Source of the DNA: a virus
Lineage: Duplodnaviria > Caudoviricetes
Strand: one strand, 5' to 3'
DNA length: 51,358 bases
IMG/VR virus record: IMGVR_UViG_3300028018_000002
Location: 1 to 51,358 of that record
Shown piece by piece: positions 36,181-45,100 of this stretch. Both the position numbers and the translations under genes were made by a program. The notes under the pieces were generated by a model. It saw only the letters and a list, made by a program, of their open reading frames with translations, was not told the DNA's origin and ran no database searches. Within the stretch, counting starts at the first letter, position 1. Each line of letters begins with the position of its first letter.

Positions 36181-36798
36181 ATGATCACAAGAGACGTGGC
36201 ACAGATCAGGCCGGTCCACGCAGTTGACGTCGAGTCGTATGACGCCAGTTGCGGTGGGAACGACGGCACGACAGACAACGAGGTCAAGGGTCGCATCATT
36301 GACCGTCTTGGCCTTGGGCGTTCGTATGTGTCGGCGTTGCTTCATGCCTATGGCTGGGGCGACATCGGCACTAGTACGGCAAGCGGATCAAAGTTCATGA
36401 CCGTTGGCGCACGGTTGCTGCATAGCAGCACAACCTGTGCGGACGACTTCGATGAACTCTCGACCGCTGATCGTCCAAGCAATCAGGCGTTGTTCCTGAC
36501 TGGGAACACGACGTCCACGCTGGCAAGTGGCTTCATGGCAACCAGCACAAGCGTTGGCACGTTTGGTGTCTTCACGGCGACCGCAACGGGTAGCGCTGCC
36601 GGTGATGCGTTCGGGTTTTATGACATCACTGGCGCACAGCGCTTCATCCAAGCCGCACTGTTGTGGAATGCCAATGCGTCGAGCAGCGGCGGGTCGGTGC
36701 TAGAGGCTGGCGTTGATATCGGGTTCGGCGAGGTCGACGTGGTGCCGCACCAGACGACCAGCACCGGCGCTGTCTATGTCACGACGTGCAACGGCTAG
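36181..36798 (+). CDS. Virion protein (possible capsid decoration), Ser/Thr-rich
   Basis: Follows the MCP; GAGG RBS; IIDRLG and GAQRFIQ patterns of decoration-type proteins. Confidence 0.6.
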   Translation: MITRDVAQIRPVHAVDVESYDASCGGNDGTTDNEVKGRIIDRLGLGRSYVSALLHAYGWGDIGTSTASGSKFMTVGARLLHSSTTCADDFDELSTADRPSNQALFLTGNTTSTLASGFMATSTSVGTFGVFTATATGSAAGDAFGFYDITGAQRFIQAALLWNANASSSGGSVLEAGVDIGFGEVDVVPHQTTSTGAVYVTTCNG

Positions 36799-36810
36799 GC
36801 ATAATGGCGC

Positions 36811-37056
36811 ATGGCACTGGTGACGTACGAGGTGATAGGTCGGACTCTCATCATGAGTCATGGCTTGACTCTGCAAGTGGGTGAACGTCTTGGCCTAGAT
36901 CCCAGCCAGCCGGAACATGCGTCGATCATTCAGCGAGGGTGGGTACGTAAGTATCCACCCTCGTCGTCTATAGACTCACCAACGACAGCAGCACTCACCA
37001 CCCACCCTAACAAGCAAGTGCGTCGACGACACGCACGGAGGAAGCGTTCACCATGA
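36811..37056 (+). CDS. Hypothetical protein
   Basis: Small basic-tailed ORF typical of the post-capsid position. Confidence 0.55.
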   Translation: MALVTYEVIGRTLIMSHGLTLQVGERLGLDPSQPEHASIIQRGWVRKYPPSSSIDSPTTAALTTHPNKQVRRRHARRKRSP

Positions 37057-38000
37057 GTTCACATCTGACGGCACAGGAGGCCGAACCGGGATCGGGCGTC
37101 AAGTTCGATCATCCAGCGGAAGCGCATCACACGATCACGGTCGACGACCGCGAAGCAGGTACGGTGACGTGTTCACCGAAACGCACGAAGGTGGCGATCA
37201 TCGGCTTTGCCACGTCCAGTCGTGACCTTGCACCGTTTGATGATCCGACGTATGAGATCTGGACGTTGAATCAGTTGTATCGACACGTGCCGAGAGCAAC
37301 ACGACATTTTGACATCCACTGCAACTGGGACGAAGACAACGTCGACGGCACCGATCATCATGGCTGGATTCGTGAGTCACCGGTCCCGGTCTACATGATG
37401 GAGACGCACGACGAGTTCCCGAACGCGGTGCGCTATCCCATCGAGCGAGTGATTGACAACGCTGGCATCGACTACTTCACCAGCACCGTCGCGTTTGAAG
37501 TCGGCCTAGCGATGGTCGAAGGGTTCCAAGAGATCTCGTTGTATGGCATCGACCTGATTGTTGGCACCGAGTACAGCGTCCAGAAGGCGTGTCTGGAGTT
37601 CTGGCTAGGGATGGCACACGCACGTGGCATCAACGTCAGGATTCCCGGCGAGAGTGCGTTGCTCAAGCAGTCGTACCGATACGGCTACGAACGCGAACCA
37701 AGCTGGGGTCCGTTGCAGATGACTGAAGTGTCGAGACGCATCGAGTATCTCAGCACTGAACGCAACAAGAAGATGGCGTTGATCAATGCGCTCGACGGTG
37801 CACTGGCTGAAGACGAGCGGTGGTATATCCGGAAGATGCACGACCTGACACCGGAGGAACGCATGAAGGCGTTGACCGAACAGCGCGGTGAAGCGATGGC
37901 GTCATTGGCAACGATTGACGGTGCGATACAGGAGACAACGTACTGGCGAGATCTCTACACGCTGCGAGGTCGTGGTGCAGCGGTGAACTCGATGATCTAG
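37053..38000 (+). CDS. Maf/GT42-like glycosyltransferase, paralogue 2
   Basis: VAIIGFATS...EIWTLNQ...RHFDIH...YFTSTVAFEVGLAMVEGFQEISLYGIDL...FWLGMAHARGI; collinear with 32469-33146. Confidence 0.6.
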   Translation: MSSHLTAQEAEPGSGVKFDHPAEAHHTITVDDREAGTVTCSPKRTKVAIIGFATSSRDLAPFDDPTYEIWTLNQLYRHVPRATRHFDIHCNWDEDNVDGTDHHGWIRESPVPVYMMETHDEFPNAVRYPIERVIDNAGIDYFTSTVAFEVGLAMVEGFQEISLYGIDLIVGTEYSVQKACLEFWLGMAHARGINVRIPGESALLKQSYRYGYEREPSWGPLQMTEVSRRIEYLSTERNKKMALINALDGALAEDERWYIRKMHDLTPEERMKALTEQRGEAMASLATIDGAIQETTYWRDLYTLRGRGAAVNSMI

Positions 38001-38007
38001 GACGATC

Positions 38008-38670
38008 ATGATCTCTGTATGCACGAGCAGCACGGACACGCAACTCGCGGCACTGGGCGACCTGATGACCATGCTGGGCGCAACCGCGTCGTCGTCAGGG
38101 ATGGATCTCGCTCTGACGCAAGCATCGGACTGGGCGACACGGTACGTGGGCTACGAACTGCGTCGACAGGTCTACGAGGAGACGGTGGCGAGTTACGGGA
38201 CGCAACGATTGATGGTGAGTCGCACACCGATTCTGTCGGTGCAACGATTCTTCGACAGCACCAGCACGGGAGATGCGACGGAGTTTCAGTCGAGCGAGTA
38301 CAGAGTGTCGGACCCAGAGGCTGGATTTATCGAGCGCGATCAAGGCTACCGCTGGACCGCACAAGAGCGATGGAACCTTGGCAGTTACGTGATGCCGAAC
38401 AGCGAACTGAAGCCGTGGCTGTTGGTGTACGAGGCCGGGTATCAGATCGGCGAAACAAGCAGCACCGATGACAAGTGGGCGACGACGACCACAGCGAACT
38501 CGTTACCGCCGACGATTGAACGTGCGGTGTTGTTGCGTGCTGGTGAGATGTATCAAGGATCGTCCGGTGTAAAGTCGATGAAGGTAGGTCCGTTGTCGGT
38601 GACGTATTCAAGCGAAGGACAAGACGCGCCAGAAGCGCTGCTGCGTCCTTTCATCAGAGTGGCTGGGTAA
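38008..38670 (+). CDS. Head-tail adaptor/connector
   Basis: Position; YEAGY...LPPTIERAV...SMKVGPLSVTY...LLRPF. Confidence 0.75.
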   Translation: MISVCTSSTDTQLAALGDLMTMLGATASSSGMDLALTQASDWATRYVGYELRRQVYEETVASYGTQRLMVSRTPILSVQRFFDSTSTGDATEFQSSEYRVSDPEAGFIERDQGYRWTAQERWNLGSYVMPNSELKPWLLVYEAGYQIGETSSTDDKWATTTTANSLPPTIERAVLLRAGEMYQGSSGVKSMKVGPLSVTYSSEGQDAPEALLRPFIRVAG

Positions 38671-39017
38671 TGTTCAACGTCAACGTCTTCGCACCGTTGA
38701 TGCGGCAGAGTGTCAGCGTTGCACCGTTCCAAAGCTACGACGCCTATGGAGACGCGAGTTACGGGTCAGCGGTGGTGTATGAGGCGGCGGTCGTTGGGAA
38801 GTCTGAGAAGGTCGTCGGCGCTGACGGACAGGAAGTCGTTAGTCGCCAGACGATCTATTTGAAGTCGGACGCACCGTTGCGTCCAGAGGATCAGATTACG
38901 TTGTCGACTGGTGATGTTGGGTCGACCGAGAGTTACGCGATCAACCCGACGATCTTGTCCATCGGGCGGTTCCCGTTTGGTGGCTCGCAAGGTTGTACCG
39001 TCGTCTACTTGAAGTGA
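38670..39017 (+). CDS. Head-closure protein
   Basis: DAYGDASY, GQEVVS..IY, D.ITL pattern and synteny. Confidence 0.65.
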   Translation: MFNVNVFAPLMRQSVSVAPFQSYDAYGDASYGSAVVYEAAVVGKSEKVVGADGQEVVSRQTIYLKSDAPLRPEDQITLSTGDVGSTESYAINPTILSIGRFPFGGSQGCTVVYLK

Positions 39018-39023
39018 GGTGAT

Positions 39024-39299
39024 ATGGCGACTGTGATGCTACGTGTGTCGTCTACTGCAAGTCGGTCATTGCTGACGCTAGCCAAGCGCTTCGGCATGAC
39101 GCGCAACGATGCGTTGTCGTGGATCTTGGTAGAGACAGCACCACCGCATGTGCCGAAGCGTGGCAACGCGACACGGTCAGAACCACTGACGCTCGATATC
39201 AGCGATCAGGCCACCGAGATTCTCGGACGTGTGGTCACGGCGAGTGAGTCCAGTTCCAGCATCGTGGTCGAAGCGTATCTCGGGCGGGAGTATCGCTGA
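39024..39299 (+). CDS. Hypothetical protein (possibly tandem ribbon-helix-helix)
   Basis: GAGGTG RBS; two strand-helix-helix-like halves. Confidence 0.55.
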   Translation: MATVMLRVSSTASRSLLTLAKRFGMTRNDALSWILVETAPPHVPKRGNATRSEPLTLDISDQATEILGRVVTASESSSSIVVEAYLGREYR

Positions 39300-39709
39300 T
39301 GGCGAAGAAGACCACCATCAACACGGCGTCCAAAAAACTGCGTAAGCTCGCACGACAGTTCCCACAGTGGGCGGCACAAGCCTTAAATGAAGAAGCCAAC
39401 GACACGATGGAAGCAGCCCAAACCATCACACCTGTCGGAATAAGTGGGCACCTGAAAGATTCCGGTCGCGTGCATTTAGCGACAGCGAAGGACTTGCTGG
39501 CGTTGCTGACATTCAGCACCGACTATGCGGTGTACGTGCACGAGATTCCCGCACCACCAGCGAAGTCAGAAGGTGGACGGTCGGCGAGACATGCACCGCC
39601 GACACAGTGGAAGTATCTGGAGACACCGGTGCACGAACGAGCGCCGATGTTTGCTCAACGTATAGGCGATGACATCAAACGGAAGTTAGCTGCGTCTGGA
39701 GGATCGTGA
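39299..39709 (+). CDS. HK97 gp10-like tail completion protein
   Basis: TPV..SGHLKDSG, DYAVYVHE, KYLE.P. Confidence 0.75.
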   Translation: MAKKTTINTASKKLRKLARQFPQWAAQALNEEANDTMEAAQTITPVGISGHLKDSGRVHLATAKDLLALLTFSTDYAVYVHEIPAPPAKSEGGRSARHAPPTQWKYLETPVHERAPMFAQRIGDDIKRKLAASGGS

Positions 39710-39710
39710 C

Positions 39711-40106
39711 GTGTTCCTTGATGACATCTCTGACTTGCTGTCGACCGGTGGCGTGACGACGACGATCTACAAAGGGTTCATGCCAGAGAAACCGAACGAT
39801 GCGTTCATTCTGACCGAGACGGCAGGACTCGGTCCGATTCACGCGATGTCGACGGGACCGGGACAGGCGAAGTTAGAAGTGGCTGGCTTGCAAGTGATTC
39901 GCCGGTCGCAGAGTTACAGCACCGCACGCAGCGGAATGCAGACGGTGATGAGTTTGTTGGATGGATTGAACGAACGCACCATCAATGCCACGCGGTATTC
40001 CTACGTATCGGCACAGCAGGTGCCGTTCTCGTTAGGCCGTGACGATTCGGAACGCACGATGCTGTCGGTGAACTTCTTGGCGTGGAAAGATCTCTCAACG
40101 GGGTGA
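39711..40106 (+). CDS. Tail terminator / minor capsid-like protein
   Basis: MPEKP, LQVIRR, LGRDD..R...SVNF pattern. Confidence 0.7.
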   Translation: MFLDDISDLLSTGGVTTTIYKGFMPEKPNDAFILTETAGLGPIHAMSTGPGQAKLEVAGLQVIRRSQSYSTARSGMQTVMSLLDGLNERTINATRYSYVSAQQVPFSLGRDDSERTMLSVNFLAWKDLSTG

Positions 40107-40109
40107 TAC

Positions 40110-40505
40110 ATGGCGACAGTGATTTATACCGATGCGAAGTTCTTCCTTGGCGGGTTCAACCTCAGTGCTGACCATAACGAGATTGGCTTGGACTATGCGT
40201 CAGAGATGTTGGACGTGACCACGATGGGCGACTCGACCAGAGTGCGTGCTGGCGGCTTGGATACGGCCACGGTCAGCGGGACTGGATTTTGGAACGGTGG
40301 TACTGGCAACGCTGATGATGCGTTGTTTGGTCTTGTCGGTGAAGACGAGAAGGTGTTGACGTTGTTTCCTGACGGCATCACTGAAGGCACCACGACGCTG
40401 AAGGGCTACGCGATGAAGTCGGTGCTGGCGAACTACAACATCGGCAACACGGTCGGCGACATGATGACTTTTGACTTGACTGCCGAGAGTGCTGGCACTG
40501 ACTAG
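40110..40505 (+). CDS. Tail-tube-like protein, paralogue A
   Basis: IGLDYASEMLDVTTMGDSTRVRAGGL; clearly similar to 40903-41316. Confidence 0.65.
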   Translation: MATVIYTDAKFFLGGFNLSADHNEIGLDYASEMLDVTTMGDSTRVRAGGLDTATVSGTGFWNGGTGNADDALFGLVGEDEKVLTLFPDGITEGTTTLKGYAMKSVLANYNIGNTVGDMMTFDLTAESAGTD

Positions 40506-40516
40506 AGGAGACAAAG

Positions 40517-40888
40517 ATGGCGATCATTCGATCAGTGCCCTTGAAGGATGCGACGTCGACCGCGATGACCTCGTGTGGTGTTGGCACCGCCTATGACGTC
40601 GGTGGCGTGTTCGCTGGCAAGAAGCTCTATGGAGGTCTGCACATCTTGTCGTCGTCGACCGGTGCGCTTATCGTGCGTATTCAGGGGTCGTCGTCAAGTG
40701 GGTTCGGTGCTGGGAAGTTCACCAGTCACATCGCCTTCACCAGTCAGACATCACTCGGTGCACAGTGGGCAACGCCACTGAGTACGTCGACTATCACATC
40801 AACGCACCGACAGTTCTGGCGAGCAGAGTGGGGCATGACGACAAGTGGAGAGAGTTACAAGTTCCTGCCGTGGATGGGCATTCAGTAG
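40517..40888 (+). CDS. Ser/Thr-rich virion protein
   Basis: AGGAG RBS; lies between the tail-tube paralogues. Confidence 0.6.
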   Translation: MAIIRSVPLKDATSTAMTSCGVGTAYDVGGVFAGKKLYGGLHILSSSTGALIVRIQGSSSSGFGAGKFTSHIAFTSQTSLGAQWATPLSTSTITSTHRQFWRAEWGMTTSGESYKFLPWMGIQ

Positions 40889-40902
40889 AGAGGTAAGAGA
40901 CG

Positions 40903-41316
40903 ATGGCTACATTGGTCTACACAAACGCATTCATTCAGATCAACGCGGTTGACCTGTCGTCGCACGCCGAGTCTATAGGGCTGAACTATGCCTCGGAGAT
41001 GCAAGACGAGACAGCGATGGGCGACAGCACGCGAGTTCGCAAGGGTGGACTCAAAGACTGGTCCATCGACGTCAACTGGCATCAAGACTTTGCGGCGGCA
41101 TCTGTCGATGCCACGTTGTTCTCGCTGGTTGGCACGACGGTGTGCGTGGAGATGCGACCGCAGAATATCTGTTCGACGGCGATCAATCCCATCTTCAGCG
41201 GCATCGGTGTCATCGAGTCGTACAACCCGATGGGTGGATCAGTCGGTGCGTTGCTTGATGCGCCCACGACCATTCAGTCAGCGGGTGATCTGTCGAGAGC
41301 AACGGCGGCGACCTAG
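40903..41316 (+). CDS. Major tail tube protein, paralogue B
   Basis: IGLNYASEMQDETAMGDSTRVRKGGLKDWSI...QDF...NP..SG. Confidence 0.72.
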   Translation: MATLVYTNAFIQINAVDLSSHAESIGLNYASEMQDETAMGDSTRVRKGGLKDWSIDVNWHQDFAAASVDATLFSLVGTTVCVEMRPQNICSTAINPIFSGIGVIESYNPMGGSVGALLDAPTTIQSAGDLSRATAAT

Positions 41317-41603
41317 TGCAAGCCACCGGACACACCGGTGAGCTTCGCTTCAAGTATCAGGTCGCTGCGCGTCTCGGATCGTGGACGGTGAAACCGGTGA
41401 CTGGCACTGCCGGTCATCGGTTTCGTGTCTCTGCGACCGTCGTGGCATCCATTGACCCGTGGGTGTCTCGACGTCCGCTGGATTTACGCCTGACGTTCGG
41501 CACGTCTACATGGGTCTGGCACGCTGTAGACCCGCCTGATATCGGCACGCGCATCGACCTTGAATTGCCACACCCACCCACCATCATGCAAAGGAGCGAC
41601 TGA
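41316..41603 (+). CDS. Hypothetical tail-region protein
   Basis: Fills the gap, coupled to both neighbours. Confidence 0.5.
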   Translation: MQATGHTGELRFKYQVAARLGSWTVKPVTGTAGHRFRVSATVVASIDPWVSRRPLDLRLTFGTSTWVWHAVDPPDIGTRIDLELPHPPTIMQRSD

Positions 41604-42040
41604 TGTCGAATCCGTGGTCCGTTGAGCCGGAGGAAGAGAAGGTCGAACTAGTCTGGAATGACGGTGATACAGAACGCGAGTTCTGGATCATGGTCAAGAA
41701 GCGACTCACGATTGGCGAGAGCCGTCGGATGCTGAAGTCGATCAGCAAGGTACACAGCAAGCTGAAGAGTGGAGGACGAGAGGCTGAAGCGCCAGAAGCG
41801 CAGTTCGACTGGACGGAGTACTCGTTCGCCAGAGCGATGACTTACATGATCGACTGGTCACTGGCTGACGACAAAGGCAACAAGATGCAACTGAACCGCG
41901 CCAACCTTGAGTCGTTGAACCAAGCGGTGTTCGACATCATCGATAAGGCGATTGACCAGCACGACACGAACGTGGCGGAGCGTGAATCAAAAAAAACCAA
42001 CGCTGGTGGAACGACGCCCAAGCCGACATCAGCATCATGA
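41603..42040 (+). CDS. Tail assembly chaperone (gpG-like)
   Basis: Immediately upstream of the tape measure gene; DWSL.D..G motif; slippery A8 near the 3' end. Confidence 0.8.
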   Translation: MSNPWSVEPEEEKVELVWNDGDTEREFWIMVKKRLTIGESRRMLKSISKVHSKLKSGGREAEAPEAQFDWTEYSFARAMTYMIDWSLADDKGNKMQLNRANLESLNQAVFDIIDKAIDQHDTNVAERESKKTNAGGTTPKPTSAS

Positions 42041-42165
42041 AGCGCATGGGCTGGTCGTGGCCGGAATACTGTGCGCTGCCGGTCACGTACCTGCCACCGT
42101 TGATCGATTACATCAAGCGGTGTGACAACGAACAACGACGAGCGAATAAAGCGAGACGACGGTAA
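41989..42165 (+). other. Programmed -1 frameshift site and gpGT-like extension
   Basis: TCA AAA AAA ACC gives an in-register A AAA AAA heptamer. The -1 frame is open to TAA 42163-42165 (KNQRWWNDAQADISIMKRMGWSWPEYCALP...). Confidence 0.8.
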
Positions 42166-42171
42166 CTGATC

Positions 42172-45100
42172 ATGGCTGTGAACGCAGGACGTATCGAAGC
42201 GATTCTTGATCTGAAGAATCGCATGTCCGCCAAGCTGCGAGCGGTGATGAAGGATACCGACACGTTTCAGAAGAAGATGGACGAGATGGGTCAGAAGGCG
42301 ACCCGTCTCGGCGGTGCGATGACGGCTGGCATCACCGTGCCACTGGGAATCATCGCCGCTCAGTCAGTCAAAACCTTTGCCTCGTTTGAGAAGGAAATGT
42401 CCGGTGTCGCCGCTGTGACCGGTGCGACTGGTGAGGACTTCGGCAAATTAGAAGGACTCGCTAAGAAGATGGGTGAAACCACTATATTTACAGCATCGCA
42501 GTCGGCCGAGGCAATGCGGGCCTTTGGGCTTGCTGGTTTCGAGACAGACGAGATCATGTCGGCACTGGGTCCAACGCTTGACCTTGCCGCCGCAGGGTCA
42601 ATGTCGATGGGTGAGGCCGCCGATGTCGCGGCGAAGGTGACGAAAGGCTACGGCATCGAAGCGGAAGGCACCGCACACGCGATGGACGTCTTGACCAAAG
42701 CGTTCACAACATCGAACACCAACCTCTCCGAACTTGCTGGCGCATTCAAGATGGTCGGTCCTGTCGCCAAGACGGCTGGCGTTTCCTTTGAGATGACGAC
42801 GGCTGCGCTTCAAACGATGGCCGACTCAGGCATCATCGGCACAATGGCTGGTCGTCAGTTGCGTCGAGCGATGTTGCGTCTGGTCAACCCGCCGGGAGAA
42901 GCGGCGAAGGCGTTGGCGAAGCTAGGCGTTGAGACGTCGACAGCCAGCGGTCGGATGCGACCGTTCGACGAGATTGTGTCAGAGCTAGAACCGCATCTGC
43001 AGAATACGGCAGCGATGGCCGAGATCTTCGGCACGGTGGCGATGCCGGGCATGATCGCCGTTCTGGAGAAGGGCACCGGCGAACTGCGAAAGATGACCGC
43101 CGCGCTGGAAGACTCAGACGGCACCGGTAAGCGTATCGCTGACACGATGGTCGACAATCTTGCTGGCGCGTTCACGCTCCTCAAGAGCGCAGTTGAAGGC
43201 GTGTGGCTGGCTATCGGCAAACAACTGGAACCAGTGTTGCGTGTTCTGATGGATGTATTCACTCAGGTGATGCACTTCGTCTCAGGCTCATTGATTCCCG
43301 GTTTAGCCAAACTTAACCCGACGCTGAAACTCGTGGCGCTGGCATTGGTGGCGGCTGTTGCTGCTGCCGGTCCATTGATTCTGGCCTTCGGTATGCTCGC
43401 ACCGTCTCTTCCGGCGATTGTTGCGGCGTTCGGTGCTGTCGCTGGTGCGATCAGTCTTCCGGCGATTGCCATCGGCGCACTTGTTGCCGTCTTGGTCGTG
43501 TGGTTCGCCAAGCAGGAGCGCGTACGGAAGTTAGTACTGGCTGTCGGGAAGGTCTTGATCGGTCTAGGTAGAATTGTTGGGATCACTGTTGTGGCTGCGT
43601 TCAACACGCTGGTCACAATGATCGAAGAGGCGATGGATACCATTGGCTTATTCATCGATGCAATCAGCTTTGGATACGCTGGCAAGGCGCTTGATCTGCT
43701 GACCAAGGGACTCGACATGGCAGGTGATGCCATGATGAACCTTGGCAAGAAGACAGACGATATGGCCGACAGGGCCGAGGAGTTACGAGGCGCAGTCAAA
43801 AAGCTCCTCACTGGCGATGCGTCGATGGCGAACTTGCGGAACATGTGGTGGCAACTGACGAAGACGGGAGCAGGCACTGATGAGTTATTCAGAGAGCTAG
43901 CTCAGTCAGCGGTCGACCTTGCCGCTATCACCGGCGAAGATGTGCCAGATGGTCTGGCCGACTTAATAGATCGGCTTGGTGTGACGTCTGATGTGTTGAC
44001 CAACGATCTGAACCCAGCAGTCGTAGAGAGCGACGAGAACTGGCGCAAGATTGCGACGACATGGCGCGAAGGCACCATTCCGCAAGCGCTCGACATGATG
44101 ACGGCGTTGCAGTCGCTTGGTGACATCACCAAGTTGACCGAGGCCGAACAAGACGCGCTGAACGACACACTGCACACTGCGATGCAGAAGTACGATGCAC
44201 TCGGCGAAGCGGTGCCGCAGGACATCATGGACACATGGCTGGCGACCTTGCAGACGCCAGACGTCGGAGGTCCGATCAAGATCTATGGCGACCTTATACA
44301 GCCGCCAAAGCTATCAGACATGAAGGGCTGGTTTGAAGTCGGCGGTCAGGTCTATGCAGACTTCGAGAACGGGTTCAAGGATCAGATAGGCACGGTCAGT
44401 CTTCTCGACGCGGCACTCGCGCCACCGGCAGCGTTCCCAGAGCAGATGTACACGACCGGAAAGCGTATCGCATCCAGTCTCAAGACAGGGTTTGTCGATG
44501 TGATCTCGGCTATCCCGCAGACCGTGCTGGATGCGTTCACCGGCGGTGGTGGCATCAGTGGTGCGCTGAAGGGTATCGGCAGCATGTTCGGGTCAATGAT
44601 TGGCAGCAACATCGGCAGCGAACTGGGGAAGAACATTGCAAAGAGCGGCACCAAGATGGGCAAGGCATTCGGCCAGATGTTGGGACCATTGCTGGGCGCG
44701 GTGGGTGCACTGGCTGGTCCGCTCATCGGTGCCATTGTGAAGATGTTCAAAGGCCAGACCACGCAGGAACGCATCGCTGAAGCTGTCGGTGAAACGTGGG
44801 GTCACGCCATCAGCGATGGACTTACAGAAACGATTGCCGAAACAGCAGACGAGATTGGATCGGACTGGGGCGGCATGATGATGCACCTCGCGGAAATCTT
44901 CAAGGAGGCTGGCGGAGTCATGGCGTTTGGCTTGGAAGATGCGATTTCCAAGACCAGAGATCTCTTCAGTGCTGTGGAGATGGGCACTCTGACCGTCGAG
45001 CAGGCGCAAGTATCTTTCGGGTCTGCGTTCAGGGCGATTGCCGATGAAGTAGTGGCGAGCGGTGAGGTAGCGAATCAGCAGTTCCTTGAACTTCTGGAGT

